From: an uncultured Chloroflexia bacterium
GTDB lineage: Bacteria; Chloroflexota; Limnocylindria; Limnocylindrales; CSP1-4
DNA length: 64,000 bases
Direction of reading: 5' to 3'
Assembly (NCBI GenBank): GCA_963838115.1
Contig: CAWIPU010000004.1
Coordinates: 394,153-458,152 of the forward strand
This document shows positions 24,661 through 34,722 of this stretch, piece after piece. Each line of letters starts with the position of its first letter. The first letter of the stretch is position 1. Below the pieces are notes generated by a model. That model saw nothing but the letters and a program-made list of their open reading frames with translations. It did not search any database and was not told the origin of the DNA. Position numbers and translations under genes: made by a program.

Positions 24661-25626
24661 ATGTTCTCACGTGATGTATTGCGGATGGACGTACCGCAGG
24701 TGGTCGAGGAGATCGAGAGGGCCATCCTGTCCGAGGTCCATGTCGATCTGCGCCGGCGAGGAGCGGTGATCGGGATCTCCGGCGGGATCGACAGCTCGGT
24801 GGTGGCCGCGCTGTGTGGACGGGCGCTCGGCGCCGAACATGCCATGGGCCTGCTCATGCCCGATCGCGACTCATCGCCGGACGCCCTCCGACTGGGACAG
24901 CTTCTCGCGGCCGGGCTGGGCATCGCATCCATCGTCGAGGACATCACCGCCGTGCTCGACGCCGCTGGCTGCTACGAACGCCAGATCGACGCCATCCGCA
25001 CGGTCTTCCCCGCCTATGGTGAGGGCTGGCGCAGCAAGCTTGTCCTGCCCTCGCTGGTCGCGGCTGATCGTCTCAATCTGGTGCGCCTGACGGTGGCCGA
25101 CCCAGACGGCGAAGAGCACACCTCGCGGATGCCTCCCGATGCCTACCGTCAGCTCGTGGCCGCGACCAACTACAAGCAACGCACCCGCACGATGACGGCC
25201 TACTATCACGCCGACCGTCTGCACTACGCGGTCGCCGGGACGCCCAATCGCCTTGAGTACGACCAGGGGTTCTTCGTCAAGGGCGGTGATGGCGCGGCGG
25301 ACTTCAAACCCATCGCCCACCTCTACAAGTCGCAGGTCTACCAGCTGGCCGAGTTCCTGAACGTCCCCTCGGAGATCCGTCAGCGTCCGCCAACGACCGA
25401 CACCTTCTCGCTGAGCCAGACGCAGGAGGAGTTCTACTTCGCGCTGCCCTATGCGGAGATGGACCTGTGTCTCTGGGCCTACGACCACGACATCGCCCCT
25501 GAAGATGTGGCCTCGGCCATCGACCTCACCACCGAGATCGTGGGACGGGTGTACCGCGACATCGAGGCCAAACGACGCGTGAGTCGATACCTCCATCACG
25601 TCCCGACTCCGCTCACCGTCGCCTGA
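24661..25626 (+). CDS. nadE: NH3-dependent NAD+ synthetase-like PP-loop ATP pyrophosphatase
   Basis: PP-loop GISGGIDSSVV, plus NadE-like …GTPNRLEYDQGFFVKGGDGAADFKPIAHLYKSQV…. Confidence 0.7.
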   Translation: MFSRDVLRMDVPQVVEEIERAILSEVHVDLRRRGAVIGISGGIDSSVVAALCGRALGAEHAMGLLMPDRDSSPDALRLGQLLAAGLGIASIVEDITAVLDAAGCYERQIDAIRTVFPAYGEGWRSKLVLPSLVAADRLNLVRLTVADPDGEEHTSRMPPDAYRQLVAATNYKQRTRTMTAYYHADRLHYAVAGTPNRLEYDQGFFVKGGDGAADFKPIAHLYKSQVYQLAEFLNVPSEIRQRPPTTDTFSLSQTQEEFYFALPYAEMDLCLWAYDHDIAPEDVASAIDLTTEIVGRVYRDIEAKRRVSRYLHHVPTPLTVA

Positions 25627-25629
25627 CCC

Positions 25630-27519
25630 GTGTGCGGCATCGTCGGCTGCCTCGTGCTGCAGCCGCGGAGGTCGGTCCCGGGCCTTGATGACCTTGCGGC
25701 CGGGGTCGGAGCGCTGCGGCACCGCGGGCCTGACGAATGCGGCGCCTACCGGGACGACCATGTGGCATTGGGGCATGCGCGCCTCTCGATCATCGACCTC
25801 GAATCCGGTCAGCAACCGCTGTCCGACGAGCGCGGAGCGTGTTGGACGGTATTCAACGGTGAGATCTACAACTACATCGAGCTGCGCGACCAGCTATCGG
25901 CCATAGGCCACCGCTTCCGCACCAGGAGCGATACCGAAGTCATCGTGCATGCCTACCAGGAGTGGGGTGAGACGGCCTTCGAGCGTTTCGCTGGACAGTT
26001 CGCCATCGCTCTCTGGGATCTGGAGCAGCAAACGCTGGTGCTGGCACGCGACCGGATGGGCGTGCGACCACTCTACCTGTGCCAGCACGACGGCCGTCTT
26101 TGGTTCGCCAGCGAGGTCAAGGCCATCTTCGCGGCGGACCCGTCTATTACCCGTGCGCTCGACCCGGCGGGGCTGGCCGAGTCCTTCACCTTCTGGTCCG
26201 CGGTGGCGCCACAGACCGTGTTCGCGGGGGTCACCGAGCTGGAGCCGGGACACGTCCGGACCATATCAGCAGGGGGGACGCGCGATCACGCCTTCTGGAC
26301 GGCCAGCTACGCGTCCGACGCTGGCTCGGGCTTCGACGGCTCGCTCCAAGAGGCGGTCGAAGCCGTTCGCGAAGCGCTTACGGAGGCCGTTCGACTGCGG
26401 ATGCTACGGGCCGATGTTCCTGTCGGCAGCTACCTGTCAGGTGGCCTGGACAGCTCGCTGATCGCGGCGCTCGGCTACCGGGTCAAGGGCAGCAGCTTCC
26501 AAACCTTCTCGGTTCGATTCGAGGATGCTGAGTACGACGAGACCGACTATCAGCGCAGGATGGCTCGGTCCATCGGCAGCCAGCACCACGAGATCAGCGT
26601 CAGCGCCGCGGATATCGCGGCCGCCTTCCCGGCCGTCGTCTTCCATGCCGAGCGGCCGCTGCTGCGAACGGCCGCGGCGCCCATGTACCTGCTGTCCGAG
26701 CTCGTCGGACGTCACGGCATCAAGGTGGTTCTGACCGGCGAAGGCGCCGACGAGGTGTTCGCCGGCTACGACCTGTTTCGCGAGGCCAGGGTGCGGCGCT
26801 TCTGGGGCCGCCAGCCGGACTCTCGCCTGCGGCCGCGGCTGCTCGAGCGGTTGTATCCATATCTTGCTCGCTCGCCGGTCGGTGAGCGGACGATGGCGCA
26901 GGAGTACTTCGGCCGGGGCCGCGAGCGCTGGCAGGAGCCGGGGTTCGGCCACGAAACCCGGTGGCGCTCCACGGCGGCATTGCAGCGACTGTTCTCGCGC
27001 GACCTACGCCGCGCCATCGGGGACCTTGACGTGGAGGCACGACTGCTCGAGCGGCTGCCGCCCGAGTTCTCGTCCTGGTCATTCCTCGCACAGGACCAGC
27101 AGCTTGAGGTCCGCACCCTGCTATCGAGCAACCTGCTGTCGGCGCAAGGCGATCGCATGCTCATGGCCCATTCGATCGAGGGCCGCTTCCCATTTCTGGA
27201 CCCGACGCTGGTGGACCTTGCCAACTCACTGCCGCCGGCATACAAGCTTCGGGGCCTTGATGAGAAGTACGTCTTGAAACAGGTCGCGCTCGGCTTGGTG
27301 CCGGACGAGATCATCGATCGCCCCAAGCAGCCATATCGGGCGCCCGATGCCCGCGCCTTCGTCGGCCCACAGGTGCCAGACTGGGTGGCCGAGCTGATGG
27401 ATTCCTTGGCCGTGGCCCAGGCTGGGATCTTCGAGCCGGCAGCGGTCGATAGACTGTGGCGCAAGTGTCGGAAGCGGCCGCACATCCCCAACTGTCTAAC
27501 GCCGATAACATGGCGTTGA
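25630..27519 (+). CDS. asparagine synthetase B-like glutamine amidotransferase
   Basis: N-terminal MCGIVG (Cys2 nucleophile) Ntn glutaminase domain plus an AsnB synthetase domain (SGGLDSS). Confidence 0.85.
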   Translation: MCGIVGCLVLQPRRSVPGLDDLAAGVGALRHRGPDECGAYRDDHVALGHARLSIIDLESGQQPLSDERGACWTVFNGEIYNYIELRDQLSAIGHRFRTRSDTEVIVHAYQEWGETAFERFAGQFAIALWDLEQQTLVLARDRMGVRPLYLCQHDGRLWFASEVKAIFAADPSITRALDPAGLAESFTFWSAVAPQTVFAGVTELEPGHVRTISAGGTRDHAFWTASYASDAGSGFDGSLQEAVEAVREALTEAVRLRMLRADVPVGSYLSGGLDSSLIAALGYRVKGSSFQTFSVRFEDAEYDETDYQRRMARSIGSQHHEISVSAADIAAAFPAVVFHAERPLLRTAAAPMYLLSELVGRHGIKVVLTGEGADEVFAGYDLFREARVRRFWGRQPDSRLRPRLLERLYPYLARSPVGERTMAQEYFGRGRERWQEPGFGHETRWRSTAALQRLFSRDLRRAIGDLDVEARLLERLPPEFSSWSFLAQDQQLEVRTLLSSNLLSAQGDRMLMAHSIEGRFPFLDPTLVDLANSLPPAYKLRGLDEKYVLKQVALGLVPDEIIDRPKQPYRAPDARAFVGPQVPDWVAELMDSLAVAQAGIFEPAAVDRLWRKCRKRPHIPNCLTPITWR

Positions 27520-27668
27520 GCGGCAACCTGTCCACCGCGCTGCTTCATGACCAATACATCCGACAGTGCCCGGCAGCGCAGCCAGTCAGCAGCTTTGAGA
27601 CCCTGGTCGATCGAACCATGAACCGCAAGCGGCATGGCACCCAGTACCACGCGTAAGGAGACACCGAC

Positions 27669-27925
27669 ATGGTGATGGTTGAACAGGACGTCAGAGAGTT
27701 CGTCATCGAGACGTTCTATGTGAGCGCGATGCCGAACTCAGCGATGACATCTCACTCATCGATAGTGGCATCGTCGACTCGACCGGGATGATGGACATCA
27801 TCCTGTTCCTCGAGAGCCACTACACCATCTCCATCGAGGATCATGAGACGACGCCGGAAAACCTGGAGACGATCAGCCGCATCGCTTCATTCGTGGCTCG
27901 AAAGCAGGCGGCTGCGACCGCGTGA
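27669..27925 (+). pseudogene. small phosphopantetheine carrier protein (ACP/PCP-like, about 85 aa) with an interrupted reading frame (shift near 27723-27728)
   Basis: AAGGAGA RBS and ATG at 27669. Frame 0 reads MVMVEQDVREFVIETFYVS and then hits a stop at 27789. The carrier motif …DAELSDDISLIDSGIVDSTGMMDIILFLESHYTISIEDHETTPENLETISRIASFV… continues in the +2 frame to 27925. Confidence 0.65.
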
Positions 27926-28413
27926 ACGGACCGTCCGGGGCGACGACGGGGGCCAGCGACGGGACCGCGACCGAGGCGAGTGACGGGGCGCCCGGCATGG
28001 TCCTGGATCACGTCGGCATCGCGGTGCGTTCGATCGAGGCGGCGACCGAACAGTGGCGAACCGTCTTCGGCTACCAGCCGGCCACCGCGACCGTGGTCAA
28101 CCAGGCACAGAAGGTCCGCGTGCGTTTCCTTGAGAAAGCGGGATCGCTGCCGGTGAAGCTCATCGAGCCGACCGACGAGTCCTCACCTATCCATGCCATG
28201 GCGCAACGCGGCGGCGGCCTTCACCACCTCTGCTTCCGCTGCGATTCGGTCGACGCCGAAGTCGCTCGCCTAACTGCCGCAGGGCTGCGTGTCCTCGCGG
28301 CGCCATATCCGGGCGAGGCGTTCGAGGGCGAGAGGATCGCCTTCGTGTATGCCGGCGCTGGCCTGAACGTCGAGCTGATCGACACGTTGAAGCGGGCAGC
28401 ACGCCTGCGCTGA
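27922..28413 (+). CDS. VOC-family protein (glyoxalase/methylmalonyl-CoA epimerase-like)
   Basis: MVLDHVGIAV…LHHLCF… metal-binding pattern typical of the methylmalonyl-CoA epimerase/VOC fold. GTG start coupled (GTGA) to the carrier gene stop; an alternative ATG lies at 27997. Confidence 0.6.
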   Translation: MNGPSGATTGASDGTATEASDGAPGMVLDHVGIAVRSIEAATEQWRTVFGYQPATATVVNQAQKVRVRFLEKAGSLPVKLIEPTDESSPIHAMAQRGGGLHHLCFRCDSVDAEVARLTAAGLRVLAAPYPGEAFEGERIAFVYAGAGLNVELIDTLKRAARLR

Positions 28414-28451
28414 CCATCGCGACTCCCGCTTGACCGGGCGACCCTTGGCGG

Positions 28452-29732
28452 TCAGCCCAGGTCGGCCGCACTGATACGTAGCACGTGGCCGCCGTTGGTG
28501 AGCAGGTACAGCTCACCGTCGTCGTCTTCGCCGAACGACAGCGCCTGGCCGGTGCCCGACGGGACCTGGCCTACGATCGCCGGCTGAGCGTCTCCCGCGA
28601 GCAGCTGCTCGGTCGGTACGGCCCAGATCGTGCCGCTGCAGTAATCGGCGTACAGGTAGGTGCCGTCAGCCAGCGACCCCGCGGCACCGCGATAGGCGTA
28701 TCCGCCGATGACACTGCAGTGGGAGCGGTCGCCATCGCTGTGCGGGTAGGCGACGGCGGGCAGGATGTGCGCGGCAGGGTCACAGGGGCTGTCGCCGAAG
28801 CACTCGCGACCTTCCATCTGGTTCCAACCGAACGAGGGCGAGGACGTGCCCGGCGGCAGGACGTCGATCTCTTCCCAGTCGCCCTGTCCCACGTCGCCGA
28901 TGTAGAGGACGCCTGATGCGCGATCGACGCTGAAGCGCCAGGCGTTGCGCAGGCCGATGGCGTGGATCTCCGGTTTGGCCTCAGGGTCGTCGGCGAAGCC
29001 GTTGTCCCGCGGTGTGGCGTACGGCCAGCCACGGTCGACATCGAGACGCAGCAGCTTGCCCAGCAGGGAGGCTCGGTCCTGCCCATTGCCGAGGGGATCG
29101 CCACCCGAGCCGCCGTCGCCGGTCGAGATGATGAGCATGCCCTCGCCATCGAACGCGATCATGCCGCCGTTGTGGTTGGCGTAGGGCTGGGCGATGGTGA
29201 GCAGGGTTCGCTCGGTCGACTCGACCGGCCCGGCGTCCGCAGCATCGACTGCGATGGTGAACTCGCTGATGGTGGTGGCTCCGTCGTCACGACGCGTGTA
29301 GTCGACGAAGAAGCGACCATTGCGGGCGAAGTCGGGATGGAAGGCCAGGCCCAGCAGGCCCTGCTCACCCTGGTGCTTGACGTGGTCTGAGATGTCGAGG
29401 AAGGGCTGCGCGTCGATGGAGCCGTCCGGCGAGAGGCGCAGGATGCGGCCCGCCTGCTCTACGATGTAGCGGTCGCCGCTGTCACCACCGGACCCGATGA
29501 GCAGGACCGGCGCGGCCAGGCCCTCGACGACGGGGTCGAAGCGCAGCGGAAGATCGACCGACTCGGCCGATGGAGCATCCTCTCCGGTGGCGAGGTTCGT
29601 CAAAAGCAGGCCAGCGATGCCGACCAGGCCGATGACGATGATGCCGAGGTTGAGGACCGCGCCCGAACGTAGGCGTCCCCCAGGCGCCGGGATGGGCGAC
29701 GTCGGCGGCGTCGAACGACCCGAGAGTGTCAT
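28452..29732 (-). CDS. PQQ-dependent soluble sugar (glucose/sorbosone) dehydrogenase family protein with an N-terminal membrane anchor
   Basis: Beta-propeller Sdh family motifs (…ANHNGG…, …GLRNAWRFS…). Confidence 0.75.
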   Translation of the reverse strand: MTLSGRSTPPTSPIPAPGGRLRSGAVLNLGIIVIGLVGIAGLLLTNLATGEDAPSAESVDLPLRFDPVVEGLAAPVLLIGSGGDSGDRYIVEQAGRILRLSPDGSIDAQPFLDISDHVKHQGEQGLLGLAFHPDFARNGRFFVDYTRRDDGATTISEFTIAVDAADAGPVESTERTLLTIAQPYANHNGGMIAFDGEGMLIISTGDGGSGGDPLGNGQDRASLLGKLLRLDVDRGWPYATPRDNGFADDPEAKPEIHAIGLRNAWRFSVDRASGVLYIGDVGQGDWEEIDVLPPGTSSPSFGWNQMEGRECFGDSPCDPAAHILPAVAYPHSDGDRSHCSVIGGYAYRGAAGSLADGTYLYADYCSGTIWAVPTEQLLAGDAQPAIVGQVPSGTGQALSFGEDDDGELYLLTNGGHVLRISAADLG

Positions 29733-30655
29733 GACTCGACTTGGGCCGGTGGGAGCGTCTCGGTCGGCAGCGCCGGGCCATCAGAGACCCGCATCTCAAG
29801 CAGCACTCCCCCACTCCCGTCGGTCAGCACCAGGGTCTGGCCCACTCGCTCCCAGGCAACGACCGCGTCGAAGATAGCCAGGAGGCGCCGCTCTTGGCCT
29901 CGTGCGTCGCCCTCGCAGGGCAGGCCCGTCGTCTCCACGGGTGCGATGACGACCCGGTCCCGCTCACTCACATAGCTCCCCTCCAGCACGCGGCAGCCGG
30001 TACTGCCCAACACGCCGCCGTCCTCGGCGAACGAGATGGTGATGGGTCGGTCGGCCAGCGGCTGGATCAACGTGCCGTTGCCGCGCGCGTATCGATCAGT
30101 CACCCAGTTCCCGACCAAGCCCGCGCGGTCGGCGCGCATCAGCTCGACGCGCACGCGGCCGGTGTCGTCGAGCAGCTCGACGCCGCCTCCGACAGCCTGC
30201 CACCTGGTCACCGCCTCCAGCGCCACGGAGTAGGCCACGGCCTCTTCGGTAGTGGGGACATCGCAGGGGTCCGCACCCTTGCTGATGATGCCCAATCCCA
30301 GGGCATTCTCATCAAGGGTGTAGCCACCTGTGTACGTGCCGCATCCAGTCTCGCCTTCGAGTCGTCCGTCGGGGAGGAACGCGGCGGTCAGTGCCGTTCC
30401 CGGGCGGGCCTGCACGAGTCCGTCGCCCCAGGGATCGAAGCCGATGACATCCCAGCTGCCGTCCAGTGGGCCCGTGTCAGGACCGACGACCGCTGGAGCC
30501 GATGGCGACGGCACGGGGCCCCCGTCCTGTGCGACGGTCGCGGCAGGGAGCGATAGCAGGCAAGCTGCCAACACCACACGAAGCAAGCGATGCACGATGG
30601 GAGTAATGGCCACGACGCGGTCAGGGTACCGCCGATACCGTTTCGGGGCAGGCAA
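29729..30655 (-). CDS. secreted tandem META/HslJ-domain protein
   Basis: Signal peptide, two META-domain repeats (…GETGCGTYTGGYTL…, …GSTGCRVLEGSYV…). 4-nt overlap with the upstream gene. Confidence 0.6.
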   Translation of the reverse strand: MPAPKRYRRYPDRVVAITPIVHRLLRVVLAACLLSLPAATVAQDGGPVPSPSAPAVVGPDTGPLDGSWDVIGFDPWGDGLVQARPGTALTAAFLPDGRLEGETGCGTYTGGYTLDENALGLGIISKGADPCDVPTTEEAVAYSVALEAVTRWQAVGGGVELLDDTGRVRVELMRADRAGLVGNWVTDRYARGNGTLIQPLADRPITISFAEDGGVLGSTGCRVLEGSYVSERDRVVIAPVETTGLPCEGDARGQERRLLAIFDAVVAWERVGQTLVLTDGSGGVLLEMRVSDGPALPTETLPPAQVES

Positions 30656-30787
30656 CAGATGGCGCGTCGCTGGGTATCATCGGATCTCCCGGGGCCACCG
30701 AGCCGCATCGTGGTCGTAGCCATCGCCGCAGACCTGGCGCGCTGGGTCGGCATCGCTGTCGCCGATGCGGTTCGCCGTTCGGCCCGA

Positions 30788-31357
30788 TCAGCGACTCGAG
30801 CTGAAGGACGGCACCGGTCGCGCGTCGGCCTGGGCTTGCGTCTCCGCCAGGCCGTTCTGCTCGATGTCCGCGATAAGCCAGTCCATCTCGGCGATCTCGC
30901 GGACCTGCGCCGCGATGATGCCATCGGCGAGCTCGCGGACCCGCGCGTCCTCGATGCCGGCGCGGTCACTGGTGAGGATGGCGATGGAGTGGTGCGGGAT
31001 CATGCCGCGCATGTAGTTGAGGTCGCCCACCAGGACCTGCGACTGCGACAGGAAGAAGGCCACGGCACCGAGCACCAGCGCGCCGATGATGATGGCGGCG
31101 TTGAGCCGGGTGTTCTTGTACATGCCCAGCATGTAGGTCAGCATGATGATGGCCATGGCGGCGCCCATGATCAGCACCATGTAGACGCGCTCCTCGCTGA
31201 AGCGGATATGGGCGACGTCGACGACATTGGTATAGGTGAGCAGGTACATCACCACTGTCGAGGTCGCGATCATCGCGCCGAAGCGCAGGTACCTTCGCGA
31301 GTCGGCGCCTTCGTCGCGCTGCGTGCGCTCGCTCGCCCCCTCTGTCTGTCCGGTCAT
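30788..31357 (-). CDS. DUF305 family membrane protein
   Basis: MIPHHSIAI motif and TM helices. ATG at 31357 with a GGAGGA RBS; the ORF-track start at 31453 is over-extended. Confidence 0.6.
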   Translation of the reverse strand: MTGQTEGASERTQRDEGADSRRYLRFGAMIATSTVVMYLLTYTNVVDVAHIRFSEERVYMVLIMGAAMAIIMLTYMLGMYKNTRLNAAIIIGALVLGAVAFFLSQSQVLVGDLNYMRGMIPHHSIAILTSDRAGIEDARVRELADGIIAAQVREIAEMDWLIADIEQNGLAETQAQADARPVPSFSSSR

Positions 31358-31528
31358 GGATCCTCCAGGCGTCGCTGTCGTTCTCGAACCTAACGACGTT
31401 CGGACAGCAGGAGCATCACGGTCCAGCCAGGTGGCCTTCCACGCGCGTGGCAATTCACATACCTGAGGAGGCGGCCCAGTGGCTCATGTGCTATCCAAGC
31501 CCGCAGGCAGCCGACTGGGCTGCTGAAC

Positions 31529-32308
31529 CTATGACCATCGATCGGCGTCGGCGACGCCCAAGCTGAAACCGCCGTCGACATCGATGACCGCGCCCGTGAC
31601 GAAGCGGTTGTCGTCAGCGGCCAACCACAAGACAGCGGAAGCGATGTCGCGCCCATGTCCGATCTCATCGAGCGCCTGGCGCCAAGTGACGCCACCAGCC
31701 GCGAAGCGGGCTCGCTCCTGCTCCTCGGTCGAGCCACGAAGCTCCGAGGGGATGATGCCAGGCCGGATGACATTGACGCGGACGCCGTCCCGCCCCAGGT
31801 CGACGGCCATGGCGCGCGTCATCGCCTCCACGGCGCCCTTCGAGGCGACATATCCGAAGCGTTCCCGTGGCGGTCGGGAGACGACTGTCGAGCCGATGTT
31901 GATGATGGCCCCGCGGCTGCCACGAAGCGCCGGTAGAGCGGCTCGGACACACAGGAAGACGCTGGTCACGTTGGTCCGGAGCATGCCCTCGAAATCGTCG
32001 AGGTGCAGTCGTTCGATGGAACCCTGGACCTCGCTCCCGGCGTTGTTGACCAGGACATCGATGGCGCCGAACGCCGAGAGGGCTGCCGCCATGGCGTCCT
32101 CACAGCCTTGGAACGACGTCACATCGGCACGGAAGGGCACCACTCGCCCCGGCGCATCGGCGAGCTCCTCGACAAGTTGCGCAAGGCGGTCGAGGCGGCG
32201 CGCCACGGCGAGGATGTCCGCGCCCTCGCGGGCCAGTGCCCGGACGGTGTGGGCGCCGAGTCCGCTCGATGCTCCGGTGACGACGATGCGGCGGCCGGAA
32301 ACGGTCAC
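31529..32308 (-). CDS. SDR-family short-chain oxidoreductase
   Basis: TGASSGLG Rossmann motif and a NNAG…S…YxxxK pattern. Confidence 0.85.
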   Translation of the reverse strand: MTVSGRRIVVTGASSGLGAHTVRALAREGADILAVARRLDRLAQLVEELADAPGRVVPFRADVTSFQGCEDAMAAALSAFGAIDVLVNNAGSEVQGSIERLHLDDFEGMLRTNVTSVFLCVRAALPALRGSRGAIINIGSTVVSRPPRERFGYVASKGAVEAMTRAMAVDLGRDGVRVNVIRPGIIPSELRGSTEEQERARFAAGGVTWRQALDEIGHGRDIASAVLWLAADDNRFVTGAVIDVDGGFSLGVADADRWS

Positions 32309-32384
32309 GTGGAACCTCCTCTTGCCCGGGTGTGCGGCCCGACTCTCCGTACCCTACGCCGTCCCGTGTGATGGAGTCACCAAG

Positions 32385-33263
32385 CTAGCCGGAGTAGGCC
32401 GACTGGCATCGATCGGGTGAGCCAGAGTCGTACCCAAGGAGAAAGGCGTCCTGCCGCTGGCGACTCGATCCGTGGGTCCAGCGTTCGGGATCGACCTCTG
32501 TTCCCTGACGCCGCTGGATGCGGTCGTCGCCGACGGCCGCGGCGGCGTCGAGTGCTGCCTCGAGCTCTGTCTGGCTGGGCGGCTGCAGGTAGCCGGTCTC
32601 GGCCGCATGGGCCGCCCACGCGCCGGCATAGCAGTCGGCCTGCAACTCCACCTGGACGGAGCCACCGCCAGCCCCTGCGTCACGACCCGTACCCGTCAGC
32701 TCGCCGAGACTTGCCTGAACGTGGTGTCCGTACTCGTGGGCCACGACGTACGCCTCAGCGAACGGTCCGCCCGTGGCCCCGAGCTGGCGGGTCATATCGT
32801 CGAAGAACGTGAGGTCCAGGTAGACCGATCGCCCCGGCGGACAGTAGAAGGGCCCCGTCGCCGAGGTCGCATAGCCGCAACTGGTCTCGACGCCGCTGCT
32901 GAACAAGGTCGTGGGTGCCGATCCATAGGACAAGCCTGAGGCGTCGAAGGTGGTATCCCAATACGCCTGTACGCTGTTCACCAGGCCCACGACCCGGCAA
33001 TCGCGACGTTCGTTGGCATCGCTACCGGTCTCACAGGTCGCCAGTGAGCCGCCTGCAGACACGGGCCCGCGGACGACCGACTGTGGCCCACCTCCGCCGA
33101 TCACCGAGCCGATGTCACCGCCGAGAAGGACGTAGGCGATCAGCACGATGACGCCGATCGAGCCGCCGCCGCCAAGCATGGCCAGACCGCCACGCGACGT
33201 TCGCACGCCCCGCAGATCTCGTACCTGCCGCGGATCGAGTCGGGCGCCACGTCGGAAGGTCAC
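32385..33263 (-). CDS. putative neutral zinc metallopeptidase (YpfJ/Zn_peptidase family), membrane-anchored
   Basis: HEYGHHVQ zinc-binding motif and an N-terminal TM segment. Confidence 0.7.
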   Translation of the reverse strand: MTFRRGARLDPRQVRDLRGVRTSRGGLAMLGGGGSIGVIVLIAYVLLGGDIGSVIGGGGPQSVVRGPVSAGGSLATCETGSDANERRDCRVVGLVNSVQAYWDTTFDASGLSYGSAPTTLFSSGVETSCGYATSATGPFYCPPGRSVYLDLTFFDDMTRQLGATGGPFAEAYVVAHEYGHHVQASLGELTGTGRDAGAGGGSVQVELQADCYAGAWAAHAAETGYLQPPSQTELEAALDAAAAVGDDRIQRRQGTEVDPERWTHGSSRQRQDAFLLGYDSGSPDRCQSAYSG

Positions 33264-33356
33264 CGTGCTCCCCTATCCCTGATAGCTTGGGTTCCCGCGA
33301 GTGGCTCCAAGGTATCGCCGGTCTGGCCTAAGCCCGCTCAGTCACACGACAGCGCG

Positions 33357-34700
33357 CTACCGTGACGACGAACCGGGAGTCTTCCTGGCATCTGGCTTGG
33401 CAGCCGCCGGGGTGCTGCTCGAGCCCTTCTCGCCATCGACGTCGGTCTGCTTCTCATCGACATCGGGGCTGGTGTCCTGATCACGGCGCTCCTCGAGCTC
33501 CTCGACCACTGCAGCCCCACCACTCGATCCCTCGATGGTCGAGTGAGCGGGGACCTGGGCCTTGAGCTCCTCTCGCTCGAAGGAGACGTCCGCCAGATAG
33601 ACGGACTTCAACAACGAGTCCAGCATGCCCGACTCGTGAGCACGCTGAACGGCCGTGTGCGTGATGATGTCGCCGACGTCGAGGATGACTTCGTCTTCGC
33701 GGTCCAGGATGACCTTGGTGACGGGGCGACCGATGGCATCACTGATGTCGTTCAAGCGCCGATTGGCCTGCTCGGCGTCGATGCGTTTGCCGGCGCTGTC
33801 GGTGAGCTCCGAGATCTTCGTCGTGAACTTGTCCCAAAGGTCGTGAGCAGTGTCGCCGGCGCTCTCCGCGGCCTCAGATGCCTGCTCAGTGGCGGTCTTC
33901 TCTCGCTTGGCCCCCACGGCCTGATAGAGATCGTCGATGGCTCCGGCCTGACGGGCTCGCTTGACGTGGTCGAGCTCGACGCGCTGGCCGTTCGCGACGA
34001 TGACGGAGCCGGTGCGGTCGTGGACGTCCTGGCGGGTGTATCGGCCGACCAGGGTTCCGTCGCGGTCCTGCGCCTCCTCCGCCATCGATCCGACCTGGTC
34101 GCCAACCTCCCCGGCCCTATCCCGCGCCTGATCGCCCAACTCACCAGCCCTATCGCGGGCCGAATCGGCCAGAGCTTCCAGCCCACCCGATTGCGATTCG
34201 AGATGTTGCTTGGCCTCATCGGCGTGCAACGTGGCGATGACGGCATCCGGGCCCATGACATCGAGCTTCTCGATGGGCAAGTAGGCGGTACCGCGCACCA
34301 GATCGCCCAGCGGGCCGTTGGAGACCTCGAAGCCGCGGATCCTGCCCGTCGCCTCTTCGAAGTACATGTCGTTCACCTGTCCGAGGTCTTCGCCCTCGGA
34401 GGTCAGGACCCGACGATCGAGCAGGCTGGCATCCCGCTCGAGGATCTCACTGATCGCAGGGTCGTCATCCGCCTCGATGACGACAGCACTGTCCTTGACC
34501 ATCACGGCCGAAGGTCCGAAGTGGTGGACCGCGCTCACAGGGATGACCTTGGAGGCCCCCATCAGGCCGCCTTCGTCGATGAGGAGCGCGATGATGGCGT
34601 CATTCGCTCCGTTGATGATGAGGTCGCTCACGCTTTCGATGCGGGAGCCGTCGGCCAGACTGAAGACATCCTGGCCCACGACCGTCTTGCCTTTGCGCAT
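33357..34700 (-). CDS. PRC-barrel domain protein with a repetitive acidic linker
   Basis: Several PRC-barrel-like segments and a repetitive DRAGELGDQARDRAGEVGDQ linker. AAAGGTAGG RBS. Confidence 0.55.
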   Translation of the reverse strand: MRKGKTVVGQDVFSLADGSRIESVSDLIINGANDAIIALLIDEGGLMGASKVIPVSAVHHFGPSAVMVKDSAVVIEADDDPAISEILERDASLLDRRVLTSEGEDLGQVNDMYFEEATGRIRGFEVSNGPLGDLVRGTAYLPIEKLDVMGPDAVIATLHADEAKQHLESQSGGLEALADSARDRAGELGDQARDRAGEVGDQVGSMAEEAQDRDGTLVGRYTRQDVHDRTGSVIVANGQRVELDHVKRARQAGAIDDLYQAVGAKREKTATEQASEAAESAGDTAHDLWDKFTTKISELTDSAGKRIDAEQANRRLNDISDAIGRPVTKVILDREDEVILDVGDIITHTAVQRAHESGMLDSLLKSVYLADVSFEREELKAQVPAHSTIEGSSGGAAVVEELEERRDQDTSPDVDEKQTDVDGEKGSSSTPAAAKPDARKTPGSSSR

Positions 34701-34722
34701 GCTCGAACCTACCTTTCGCAGA

